Shown: positions 32,532 to 41,584 of the stretch, one piece after another
How the letters are laid out: the number at the start of each line of letters is the position of its first letter
Position numbering within the stretch: position 1 is the first letter of the stretch
Assembly (NCBI GenBank): GCA_964248365.1
Contig: CAXTYC010000031.1
Span: 1 to 60,421 of the forward strand
From: an uncultured Chroococcidiopsis sp.
GTDB taxonomy: Bacteria; Cyanobacteriota; Cyanobacteriia; Cyanobacteriales; Chroococcidiopsidaceae
Reading direction: 5' to 3'
DNA length: 60,421 bases
Program-made: the position numbers and the translations under genes
Notes under the pieces: generated by a model
What the model was told of the DNA's origin: nothing
Seen by the model: only the letters and a program-made list of their open reading frames with translations
The model's database searches: none

Positions 32532-33098
32532 CTAACTAAACAACCGCGCTATGGGACAGCTAAAACCAGGTAGTAACGGTGAACTCAGTTCATCGCTAGC
32601 AAACAACGTCGCTACTAGCACTAAGGTAGCCTGCACTCGTCGATAAACTTGAATTTGCTGCAAACGCCGATCTACAATCCAGTATTCTCGTACTCCTTGT
32701 GCAGCGTAAAGTTTCAGCTTCACCTCTCTGTCTGTGCGTTCATTCGCCTCACCTGGAGATAGCACCTCAACCACTAATTCTGGCGATCCTGTCAAATGTT
32801 CAGCATCATCTAACAAAGCAGCCAGTCGCTCATTACTAGCCCAAACCACGTCGGGGATAACATTATCAGCATCAGTATAAATGATGCCAGGAGTGCTTAC
32901 TGCTTCTCCCAAACCTGTCTGCTGTGACCAAAGATTCAACTCAAGACAGATATTGCCACAAACTTTTTGGTGTCCCCAGCCAGGTGCGCGTGTTACAAAT
33001 AATTCCCCGTCAATAATTTCATAGCGATTGCCGTTATCTGGCAATAACTCTAAATCAGCGCTCGTCCAGCGTATCCGCTCACTACTGGTTTGGCTCAT
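32532..33098 (-). CDS. Uma2 family protein
   Basis: WTSADLELLP, YEIIDGEL, PELVVEVLSP, GVREYWIVD; start MSQTSS. Confidence 0.9.
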   Translation of the reverse strand: MSQTSSERIRWTSADLELLPDNGNRYEIIDGELFVTRAPGWGHQKVCGNICLELNLWSQQTGLGEAVSTPGIIYTDADNVIPDVVWASNERLAALLDDAEHLTGSPELVVEVLSPGEANERTDREVKLKLYAAQGVREYWIVDRRLQQIQVYRRVQATLVLVATLFASDELSSPLLPGFSCPIARLFS

Positions 33099-33245
33099 AC
33101 AAGCACTCCTTGAGTGTGGATCTATTTTATCGTCTCTACTAACCACTCCAGGCACACCAAGACGCATTTTTGTCTTGTTACTCGTATACCAGTAACGAGT
33201 AATCAGGATGCTCTGCGTCCGCAATATTTCAATATTTGTGGTTCG

Positions 33246-35600
33246 CTATTCCATTCTTTGTAGTTGGGCAATTTTGGGATCGATGATTTTTTGCCCCAGG
33301 CTGGGAAATTTAATTGCTAGGGAGATTTTATTACCCGTTCCGAAGATATGGGTGATTTCGCCGATCCCAAAGGTTTTGTGAAAGATGCGATCGCCTACTG
33401 TCCAATTTTGGATTTGAGTTGTTGATGGTGTTACGTTTTCTTGAGTATTACGCCGTGATGATTGTTGTGGTGTGCTAGCTAATTGATGATTGGAACCACC
33501 TCTAGGAAATCCAAAACTAAGTAATTCTTTGGGTAATTCTGCTAAAAATTGGGATGCGATCGCACTTTCGCGGGAACCATAAAGGCGGCGTTCACGCGCG
33601 TGGGTAAGATATAACAATTCTTGCGCCCTCGTTATACCTACATAACACAAACGGCGTTCTTCCTCTAAAGCATCGGGATCATCTAAAGAACGGAAGTTAG
33701 GAAATAATCCCTGTTCCAACCCTACTAAAAACACAACAGGGAATTCTAATCCTTTGGAGGCGTGGAGTGTTAATAAGGAAACTGCTGTTTGTCCTTCTTT
33801 TAAGTTATCCAGATCAGAAGTCAAAGCAGTACTGGCAAGAAAGGCTCCTAATGTAACTTCTTCACTTTCTTCTTCAAATTGCAACACAGCGTTATAAAGT
33901 TCCTGCACGTTTTGCAATCTGTCTAAACTTTCATCTGTACCCTGATTTTGCAAATCTTTGATATAACCAGAGTCTTCCAACACTCCCTGCACAATTTGAG
34001 CGGGTGAAAGTGTATCTAATTGTGCTTGCCAATGACGAATAAGCCCAGCGAAACTATTTACACCTTTTGCCGATCGCCCTGCTAAAGTATTAACTGATGT
34101 CTCGTCACTCAGAATTTCCCACAAAGGCAAATTTAGTTGTTGAACAGCATTTACTAGGTTGTCAATTGTGGCTTTACCAATTCCCCGTCTGGGAGTATTA
34201 ATTACTCGTAACAAACTAACTGTATCAAATGGATTGACAATTGCCCTCAAATATGCCAGTACATCTTTAATTTCTTTGCGGTCATAAAACTTTAATCCCC
34301 CCACAATTGTATAAGGTATGCCCCAACGTACTAAAGTTTCTTCAATTGGACGAGATTGGGCATTAGTACGATAAAGGACGGCAAAACTACCCCAGTGAAG
34401 TTCTGAGTATTTGCTTTCTAAATTACGGATTTGATTAACAACAAATTGCGCTTCAGCAATTTCATCATCGGCTTTATAACAATAAATTTCCTCTCCTGCT
34501 TCTCTGGTTGGTTTGAGAATTTTATCAATGCGTTGGGTATTGTTTTCAATTAGCTCGTTAGCCGCTTGTAAAATATTTTCTCTAGAACGGTAGTTTTCCT
34601 CTAGCTTTACCATTGTACGGGTGTCTTCGTCTGGTAAGCCGTCACCAAAGTCTGACTGGAAATTGAGCAGAATAGTAAAATCTGCCATGCGGAAGCTATA
34701 AATAGATTGATCCGCGTCACCAACTACAAAAACTGAGCGATTTTTCCAATCCCACTCGCTTTTTCTAGTTTCTCCATTCGTTGCTAATAAACGAATTAAC
34801 TCATATTGAATACGGTTAGTATCTTGATATTCATCTACTAAAATATGATGAAATCGTCTGTGCCAGTATCCTAAAACCTGTTCATTTTGTTGAAATAATT
34901 TGACAGGAACTAGAATTAAGTCGTCAAAATCTAAAGCGTTATTTTCTGCTAGTCTATCTTGGTAGTGCCTGTAAACTTCAGCAATTACTCGTCCGCGATA
35001 ATTGGGTTGTTCTCGCTCGAAGTCTTGGGGTGAAAGCCCTTGGTTTTTGGCGTTGCTGATGGCGTAGCGGACAGAACGTGGTTCAAATTTCTTGTCGTCT
35101 AAGTTTAGCTGTTTGACAACAATATCTTTTACCAAACTCTGAGCATCAGATTCATCAAAGATGGAAAAGTTACGAGTCCATTTGTGTCCTTTTTCGTCTT
35201 GGTATTTTTCAATATCAAATCGGAGGAGACGGGAAAAAAGACTATGGAAAGTACCAATCCATAAATCTTTGATGTAGGTTTTGTAGACTTGCGATCGCAG
35301 CCTTGTCTGTTCGTGGGAGGCTAATTTCTCTAAAGGTTGATTATATTCCCTTAGTGCTATCTGTTGGGCAAATAAATTCTGGATACGCTCTTTCATTTCC
35401 CGCGCCGCCTTGTTGGTAAAAGTAACAGCGAGGATATTTTCGGGAGCGACTCGATGCTTGAGGATCAAATTAGCAATGCGATAGGTAAGCGCTCTGGTTT
35501 TACCCGAACCAGCGCCAGCAACAACTAACAAAGCACCGCAAAAATGTTCAACTGCTATGCGTTGACTGGGGTTAAGATGACTGAGAAAATCTGTGGTCAT
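33246..35600 (-). CDS. pcrA: ATP-dependent DNA helicase PcrA/UvrD
   Basis: AGAGSGKT, DEYQDTN, VGDADQSIY, HASKGLEF, EERRLCYVGITRA. Confidence 0.96.
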   Translation of the reverse strand: MTTDFLSHLNPSQRIAVEHFCGALLVVAGAGSGKTRALTYRIANLILKHRVAPENILAVTFTNKAAREMKERIQNLFAQQIALREYNQPLEKLASHEQTRLRSQVYKTYIKDLWIGTFHSLFSRLLRFDIEKYQDEKGHKWTRNFSIFDESDAQSLVKDIVVKQLNLDDKKFEPRSVRYAISNAKNQGLSPQDFEREQPNYRGRVIAEVYRHYQDRLAENNALDFDDLILVPVKLFQQNEQVLGYWHRRFHHILVDEYQDTNRIQYELIRLLATNGETRKSEWDWKNRSVFVVGDADQSIYSFRMADFTILLNFQSDFGDGLPDEDTRTMVKLEENYRSRENILQAANELIENNTQRIDKILKPTREAGEEIYCYKADDEIAEAQFVVNQIRNLESKYSELHWGSFAVLYRTNAQSRPIEETLVRWGIPYTIVGGLKFYDRKEIKDVLAYLRAIVNPFDTVSLLRVINTPRRGIGKATIDNLVNAVQQLNLPLWEILSDETSVNTLAGRSAKGVNSFAGLIRHWQAQLDTLSPAQIVQGVLEDSGYIKDLQNQGTDESLDRLQNVQELYNAVLQFEEESEEVTLGAFLASTALTSDLDNLKEGQTAVSLLTLHASKGLEFPVVFLVGLEQGLFPNFRSLDDPDALEEERRLCYVGITRAQELLYLTHARERRLYGSRESAIASQFLAELPKELLSFGFPRGGSNHQLASTPQQSSRRNTQENVTPSTTQIQNWTVGDRIFHKTFGIGEITHIFGTGNKISLAIKFPSLGQKIIDPKIAQLQRME

Positions 35601-35912
35601 GAATGAGGGGCTAGGGGCTAGGGGCTAGGGAGAGGGGGAGCAAAGGGGAGCAAAGGGGAGAACTTCAGAACTTCAGAACTTCTGACTCCTTACAGCAACG
35701 TTAGTACTCCACAGAGCTATTTTATATGTATAGCCCAATGTGTAGAGTAGTGCGATCGCCACCCTGAATATAAGCGTTACCCCAATCTACACCCCATATC
35801 CTTCATCACCCTTGGTAGTCAGATGCTAAGGTAGGCATGGGTGGCATACTGAGTAATATTCAAACAAGCTGTGTGATAGGTTATCAAATAAAGGTATTAG
35901 GCAAGAGTACAA

Positions 35913-36125
35913 CTAATCTGATTCACCCTCAACAGAAGTTATTTGTTGAATTCGATTAGTTAGATTTTCCTCCCAGCCAACGTCATTTAAGTCTATGCTG
36001 ATCATGCGTCCTGTGACTTTTGAGCGATCAATGTATGCGTGAAAGGCTGCAACATCTTTTCGATGAGTCAAAACATATCGACGTAACTCATCAAGACTCA
36101 TTGCATCATAGTTTGCTGCACTCAT
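35913..36125 (-). CDS. DUF6887-like small protein
   Basis: NYDAMSLDELRRYVLTHR.D..AF.AY.DR pattern; ATGA overlap with upstream gene. Confidence 0.7.
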   Translation of the reverse strand: MSAANYDAMSLDELRRYVLTHRKDVAAFHAYIDRSKVTGRMISIDLNDVGWEENLTNRIQQITSVEGESD

Positions 36126-36314
36126 GGCTCGTATCCTCCCGTTGGCTTAATCTCAAAATCCAAATTCTCTCCAGCTAGTACGTATAGATTGCTAGTACGC
36201 TCCATCCATTCGGACAAGATCAATACTTTTGTACTGCCACTGGGGGTAGATAACGTTGGTAAGACGGTAACAAAGCCGATAAAGTCCCTGCGTTTGTTCT
36301 TGTGTGGGTTCCAT
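36122..36314 (-). pseudogene. DUF6888-like small protein with a +1 frameshift
   Basis: MEPTQEQ..LCYRLTN..IDLVRMD then ERTSNLYVLAGENLDFEIKPTGGYEP* after removing one base; length 193 = 3n+1. Confidence 0.65.
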
Positions 36315-36497
36315 GTCTATACAGCTTAACTTACCAGCTAATAATACAATTGCAGGGAAAAAAGACTATGCCTATCCTTTGTTTGGGATAACACGGTATT
36401 ACTGATGCCCTAAAAGTTAAGTTAAAGATTTATTACACGTTCAGATCTGCGCATCCCTCTTAAGTATGATTTTAGGATAGTTCTTAAATTGCCTTTT

Positions 36498-37175
36498 ATG
36501 AGTACAACACAGTCTACAAACGAGCCTCTTTGGATACAAGACAGAGATACAGTAATTGCCAATGATGATGGTGTAGAGTGGCGCTATCATGCACGTCCTG
36601 ATTACTCGCTTTCCAACGAATTTCTCAAGCAGGAAAGTAAATGTAATCATATAGAGGGTTCTTTAGAAGCGATTGTCCAAAACTTGGTCAGAACCTTCGA
36701 GATGGAGGCATCCTTCAAAAGCAATCCTGAGCAATGGTTGTCAATCGTTGCTGATAAGTTTCGCATGACTACAAACGGCGGACAAGAGTACACAGCCCAA
36801 GATGTAGCAAATGCTGGAACTTACAATTTATTTCTAGGCGAGTCAGACCACTACAGTGCAAAAGCTGAAACTTTTGAATCATCAGCCAGTATCTTTCACC
36901 AAGCATTTCCCAAAGGCTTTTTCTGGGAACTGCTAGAGGTGTTATCGGGTCCACCCAATGTTACATTCAAGTGGAGACATTGGGGAGCCTTTAACGGTCA
37001 ATATAGAGATCATGCACCTACAGGGGAGACGGTGGAAGTGGAAGGTATCAGTATTGCGCGTGTAAACGATGACTTGAAAATTTTATCTCTAGAACACTTT
37101 TTCGATTCCAGTTCCTTCTTAGGAAAACTAACAGCAGGAGAAAAACAGGCTACAGGCTGTCCTTTTCACACTTAA
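36498..37175 (+). CDS. SnoaL/NTF2-like pathogenesis-related family protein
   Basis: SLEAIVQNLVRTFEME, GTYNLF, SGPPNVTFKWRHWG, C-terminal GCPF. Confidence 0.8.
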   Translation: MSTTQSTNEPLWIQDRDTVIANDDGVEWRYHARPDYSLSNEFLKQESKCNHIEGSLEAIVQNLVRTFEMEASFKSNPEQWLSIVADKFRMTTNGGQEYTAQDVANAGTYNLFLGESDHYSAKAETFESSASIFHQAFPKGFFWELLEVLSGPPNVTFKWRHWGAFNGQYRDHAPTGETVEVEGISIARVNDDLKILSLEHFFDSSSFLGKLTAGEKQATGCPFHT

Positions 37176-37276
37176 TAGATATAGCAAGGTAGGCAATGCC
37201 TACCCTACCAGTTCATTTTGGCTAATTAGTTTGATCGCCCAAAATCTAAAATCAAAAATCGTATTTATTAGATAGG

Positions 37277-37606
37277 TTACTGGGCAAACATTTCAGCCAA
37301 GGTATCGAGAACTGCTTTTTGCTCATCAAAACCAATCTCACCTAGCCGTTTGACTAATCGAGTTTTGTCAACAGTACGAATTTGATCGAGAACAATCTGC
37401 CCTTCTTTGGCTTGAAATTGACAAACTACTCGTGTGGGATATGGTTGACCGAGTGTGGTCATAGGAGCAATGATGACTGTAGCAATATGGCGGTTCATCT
37501 GGTCAGGTGAAATAATAACGTATGGTCTTGTTTTCTGAATTTCACTGCCAACAACCGGATCGAGGTTAACTAAGAAAACATCAAAACGCTTAGCTACCAT
37601 TCCCAT
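37277..37606 (-). CDS. MazF/PemK toxin
   Basis: LDPVVGSEIQKTRP, LDQIRTVDK.RL. Confidence 0.92.
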   Translation of the reverse strand: MGMVAKRFDVFLVNLDPVVGSEIQKTRPYVIISPDQMNRHIATVIIAPMTTLGQPYPTRVVCQFQAKEGQIVLDQIRTVDKTRLVKRLGEIGFDEQKAVLDTLAEMFAQ

Positions 37607-37875
37607 TCAACCGAATCCCAAGTTGTAGCGATAACTTCGTTAAGCTGCGCTAACGCATCATCTTGCAGAACATCATCTTTTCTTTCTGCCATTGCTGCAA
37701 AAGCCTCATCCCATCCTACACGCGATCGCCCGACTGCACGAATAATTAAGCGATCGTCATTTACTTCAATTTCCACCTCTGTATCAATACCGCTTTGCTC
37801 TAACAAAGGCTTGGGAATACGAATACCCTGCGAGTTACCAACTTTAACAATTCGAGTTCTAATAGTTGCACCCAT
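37594..37875 (-). CDS. MazE/AbrB-fold antitoxin
   Basis: KVGNSQGIRIPK; overlaps the toxin start. Confidence 0.9.
   Translation of the reverse strand: MGATIRTRIVKVGNSQGIRIPKPLLEQSGIDTEVEIEVNDDRLIIRAVGRSRVGWDEAFAAMAERKDDVLQDDALAQLNEVIATTWDSVEWEW
37628..37656. mobile_element. 21-nt small dispersed repeat (SDR5-like) inserted in a HIP1 site, in frame within the antitoxin
   Basis: GCGAT + AACTTCGTTAAGCTGCGCTAA + CGC. Confidence 0.75.
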
Positions 37876-38009
37876 AGCTAATTACCTTGTGCTGACTTAC
37901 CCCCCAAGTAATTACATTGTATATACAAAATAAGAGTATAGTCAAATCACAAGATATACTTTAGCTTCTAGCTGAAAACTCAACCGAAGGAACTATCGAC
38001 AACTCAAAC

Positions 38010-39557
38010 TTAACACCCCATATCTTTCATCACCTGCATTGCTGCATTATGTCCCGCCGCACCAATTACCGATCCGGCTGGGTGACAAGCTGAACTTGCA
38101 GAATATAACCCTTGAATCGGTGTACTATAGGGCAATCTATCCGCAAATCCAAACGAGTTATCTACGTGATGGATATGTCCCTTTGTCAAACCAAAGTGTT
38201 GTTCTAACTTCTGGGGATGTAGGGCAAATACTTCTTGCACTAACTCTGATGTACCAGGGGCAAAGCGATCGCATATCGATAATAAATGCTTGATATATCT
38301 TTCTTCTTGTGCATCCCAAGTCGTTCCTTGCAATTCATAAGGAACCCACTGCACAAACAAAGCAGAATTATGATGTTTCTGGGCATCTTGTAGGTCAGGA
38401 TCGACCGTTGTATGAATATACCACTCAATAGCTGGAAATTCTGGTAGTCGCCCAGATTGTACATCAGCAAAGGCTTGACGCAACATCGGCATCACTTGGG
38501 ACTCGTCGGGTAGTAGATGAATAGTACTGCCCACCTGCCCACGATTTGACCGTAGGCAGGTAAACTCAGGTAATCCCCGTAAACACAAATTTACTTTGAA
38601 AGTTGTGCCATCTCTTTGATAACTATCTAGTCGCTGGTTGTATTCATCTGGTAAATTCTCTGGCTTAACTAGATGACGCATTCGGAAAGGATCGGCATTG
38701 ACAATAACTGTTTTAGCCTGGATCTCGGTTTGATCTTGCAACACCACACCTTGGACGACACCTTGATTTAGTAGAATTTGACTTACACCTTGTCGAGTTT
38801 CAATTTGCACACCTGCCCCTATCGCAGACTGGGCAAGACGAGTTGTAACCGTACCCATACCGCCTTTAACAATCATCCAAGTGCCGTCACTTCCAGGTAG
38901 CCGACACATATTATGTATGAGAAAATTCATGCCTGTACCAGGAGTATCCCAAGTGCCGAATAAACCTGTGAAACCATCGGTTACAGCATACATTGCTTTT
39001 AATAAGTCGCTTTTGAAATCAAAGCGATCGAGATATTCACCGACTGACTGACGAGTGAGATTGATGAATGTGGAACGAAGGGGCGATCGCACATATTTTT
39101 CTGCCGTCTCTTCAATAGATAATGGTGACTCTAACCAAGTTGGGGCAATATCTTCACGCAATTGGGCAAGTTCATTTTGCAAAGCAACATCAGCTTGCCA
39201 ATCAGCCTGAGAGAAAAACGCTGTAAACTGCTGCTGCATCTGTTCTTTATCCGAACCGAACAGTAGATAACGCTTGTCAGTTGTCGGTAGAAAGTAGTGA
39301 GGATCGCGCCGAATCAGAGGAATATCTATATCTAGAATTTTCAGCAACTCTGGCGGCATTAATCCCAACAAATAAGCACCTGTAGAGATTTTCAAATTTG
39401 GTGCTGTTCGGAAAGGCTGTTCAGTACGACAAGCACCACCAACTAGGGCTTTTTCCTCAACCACCAGCACATCAAGCCCAAGTCGCGCCAATAAAAGCGC
39501 CGCCACTAACCCATTATGACCAGCACCAACAACTAAAACATCTACATTCTTCTTCAT
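38010..39557 (-). CDS. FAD-dependent oxidoreductase, phytoene dehydrogenase-like (PYROXD2-like)
   Basis: GAGHNGL, GGMG, HPAGSVIGAAGHNAA; start MKKNVD. Confidence 0.88.
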   Translation of the reverse strand: MKKNVDVLVVGAGHNGLVAALLLARLGLDVLVVEEKALVGGACRTEQPFRTAPNLKISTGAYLLGLMPPELLKILDIDIPLIRRDPHYFLPTTDKRYLLFGSDKEQMQQQFTAFFSQADWQADVALQNELAQLREDIAPTWLESPLSIEETAEKYVRSPLRSTFINLTRQSVGEYLDRFDFKSDLLKAMYAVTDGFTGLFGTWDTPGTGMNFLIHNMCRLPGSDGTWMIVKGGMGTVTTRLAQSAIGAGVQIETRQGVSQILLNQGVVQGVVLQDQTEIQAKTVIVNADPFRMRHLVKPENLPDEYNQRLDSYQRDGTTFKVNLCLRGLPEFTCLRSNRGQVGSTIHLLPDESQVMPMLRQAFADVQSGRLPEFPAIEWYIHTTVDPDLQDAQKHHNSALFVQWVPYELQGTTWDAQEERYIKHLLSICDRFAPGTSELVQEVFALHPQKLEQHFGLTKGHIHHVDNSFGFADRLPYSTPIQGLYSASSACHPAGSVIGAAGHNAAMQVMKDMGC

Positions 39558-39772
39558 ACTTGAGACTAATTTGCAACAGTCAGACAAATCGAGGAACTAC
39601 ACAACAAGCGCAATAACTTTCTTTGTTTTTCTTAGCGTCTTAGCGCGGACACTCTCCCTTATCACCTTAGCGCCTAACGCTACGCTTCGCCTAGCCTGCG
39701 GCAACGCTTTGCGAACGGCTGGAGCGTCTTTGCGCGACACTAACATTTAAACTTGTGTGCAACACCAAAAAT

Positions 39773-40507
39773 TCAGATTTTCCTTGCCTTGCCAATATAC
39801 ATCACAGATGAATCGTCATTAATGCTGACACAAAAGCCACCCGTTTTCTTGTAGCGCAAATAGGCGGCAATATTATCCCATACCGTATTACCAAATAGAT
39901 TAAATCCTTTAACCTCAACGTCGCTCAAACCATTGTATTGCATCAAATCGATTAACTCCAGGGGCTTGATAAACTTTTTCCAATCATGAATACCACGCGG
40001 AATTTCTTGTAAAATTTCCTCCAACAGCCAAATCATAATCAATTGCGATTTGAAGGTGCGATTGATGGTGTCAAAAAAGAACATTCCACCAGGCTTCAAA
40101 ACGCGGTGAATTTCGCCAATAGTTTGTTTTAAGTCTGCAACGTGTTCTAGCACATCGACGCATAGCACAACATCAAACGATTTGTCAAGATAGGGCAGAG
40201 ATTCAGCGAAACCATGCTGATAGTCAATATCAAATCGATTGTCAGTAGCATGAGCTTTTGCCGCTGCAATACAATTTTGCGATTGGTCGATACCAAAAAC
40301 TGTCGCTCCTCTTGCTGCGAGAAATTCGCAAAGAAAACCACCTCCACAGCCGACATCCAAGACTTTGAGTGCTTGCCAAGAAGCAATGTGGCGATCGAAG
40401 TACTCGAAGCGCAGAGGATTGAGGTGATGAAGTGCAAAGATCTTGGCTTGTGGATGCCACCAGTGGGCGGCGCTGCGATCGTAAAACGCCAAATCATTCC
40501 TTTTCAT
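39773..40507 (-). CDS. UbiG-like SAM-dependent O-methyltransferase
   Basis: LNPLR, LDVGCGGG, DVLEHV, DTINRT, HDW.KFIKP. Confidence 0.85.
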   Translation of the reverse strand: MKRNDLAFYDRSAAHWWHPQAKIFALHHLNPLRFEYFDRHIASWQALKVLDVGCGGGFLCEFLAARGATVFGIDQSQNCIAAAKAHATDNRFDIDYQHGFAESLPYLDKSFDVVLCVDVLEHVADLKQTIGEIHRVLKPGGMFFFDTINRTFKSQLIMIWLLEEILQEIPRGIHDWKKFIKPLELIDLMQYNGLSDVEVKGFNLFGNTVWDNIAAYLRYKKTGGFCVSINDDSSVMYIGKARKI

Positions 40508-40562
40508 GACTCACTTCGCCACCTGTGTTCCCCTGCGATTGTATTATTATTTTGCAAATACT

Positions 40563-41513
40563 TTAACTGGGACGCATCGCAATCTTGGTAACATTAAAGT
40601 CTGCTAGTTTTGTCATGGTTCCATTGCTTGGATCGATGATGTGTAGAGCTTTAGGTGATTGATACCTAAGAGCGCCAAAGCCTATGAGTTGGTTGCTCCT
40701 AGAGCAAACCAAGCTTTCCAAGCCGTTATTCCAAATTATATTATTCAACTTTAATTGCACTTGGGTAATCGGTTTTCCCGATTTCAGATCGAGTTGCACC
40801 AGATGGGTTGCGCCACTGCCTTCAACAGAGGTTGTATAGATTTTTCCGTTGGGACATTGAGCAAGATTACTAAATCGCAGGTTCTGTGGCAGGTTTAACC
40901 TCACCTTGAAACTGCCTGTTCGCAAATTAACTTCCACAAGTTTGTAGGGCGGTGTACCGTTCTTTTTTCCAACTAGACCAAGAAGTTTACCATCTTTTGT
41001 TCCTAGCAAACTTTTAAGCTTCTCGTGCTGCTGGAGTCCAGAAACAGTTAGGTCTGGACGAGAACTACTCATAAACTTGAGGCGAGTAGGTGTGTTTCCT
41101 CTGTTGCTAGTTTTGACTGGGGTAACAGCCGCTACCAGCGTACCATCGGCTAAATAAGCCAAACCAGTAATTGCCTCGTCAAACTCAACTGTAGATGTTG
41201 CCCCACCCTGAACACGAGGGGCAGATAGCCTTTGAACCCCAGTTAAACCCAAGTTTAAGCGCTGCATGATCAGTTGTTGAGAGTAGCTGGGTGAAGAGGT
41301 GGCATAACCAGTATGTGCGGCGATTCTTAAGTTAGTGGCGGCGGTGTCTGCGCTGGTGAAAGAACCAGGATGCACACCAACGATCAACAAACTTGATGTT
41401 TGTGAGTTAGGAGTTTGTGCTAAAGTCTTGCTGGCAAAGTAACTCAGCCCAGCTACCGTAGTACTAGCGATCGCTAGTTTACCAAAGCGACGACGTGTTA
41501 ATTTATACTCCAT
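40563..41513 (-). CDS. Tat-exported hypothetical protein, probably beta-propeller
   Basis: LTRRRFGKL twin-arginine signal, TLA cleavage site, repeated short beta segments. Confidence 0.75.
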   Translation of the reverse strand: MEYKLTRRRFGKLAIASTTVAGLSYFASKTLAQTPNSQTSSLLIVGVHPGSFTSADTAATNLRIAAHTGYATSSPSYSQQLIMQRLNLGLTGVQRLSAPRVQGGATSTVEFDEAITGLAYLADGTLVAAVTPVKTSNRGNTPTRLKFMSSSRPDLTVSGLQQHEKLKSLLGTKDGKLLGLVGKKNGTPPYKLVEVNLRTGSFKVRLNLPQNLRFSNLAQCPNGKIYTTSVEGSGATHLVQLDLKSGKPITQVQLKLNNIIWNNGLESLVCSRSNQLIGFGALRYQSPKALHIIDPSNGTMTKLADFNVTKIAMRPS

Positions 41514-41584
41514 ATATTCCCTCTTAAAATAATGACTAGTGACTAGTGTTGCGCGTAGAAAGAATTACATAACAATATTCAGCT

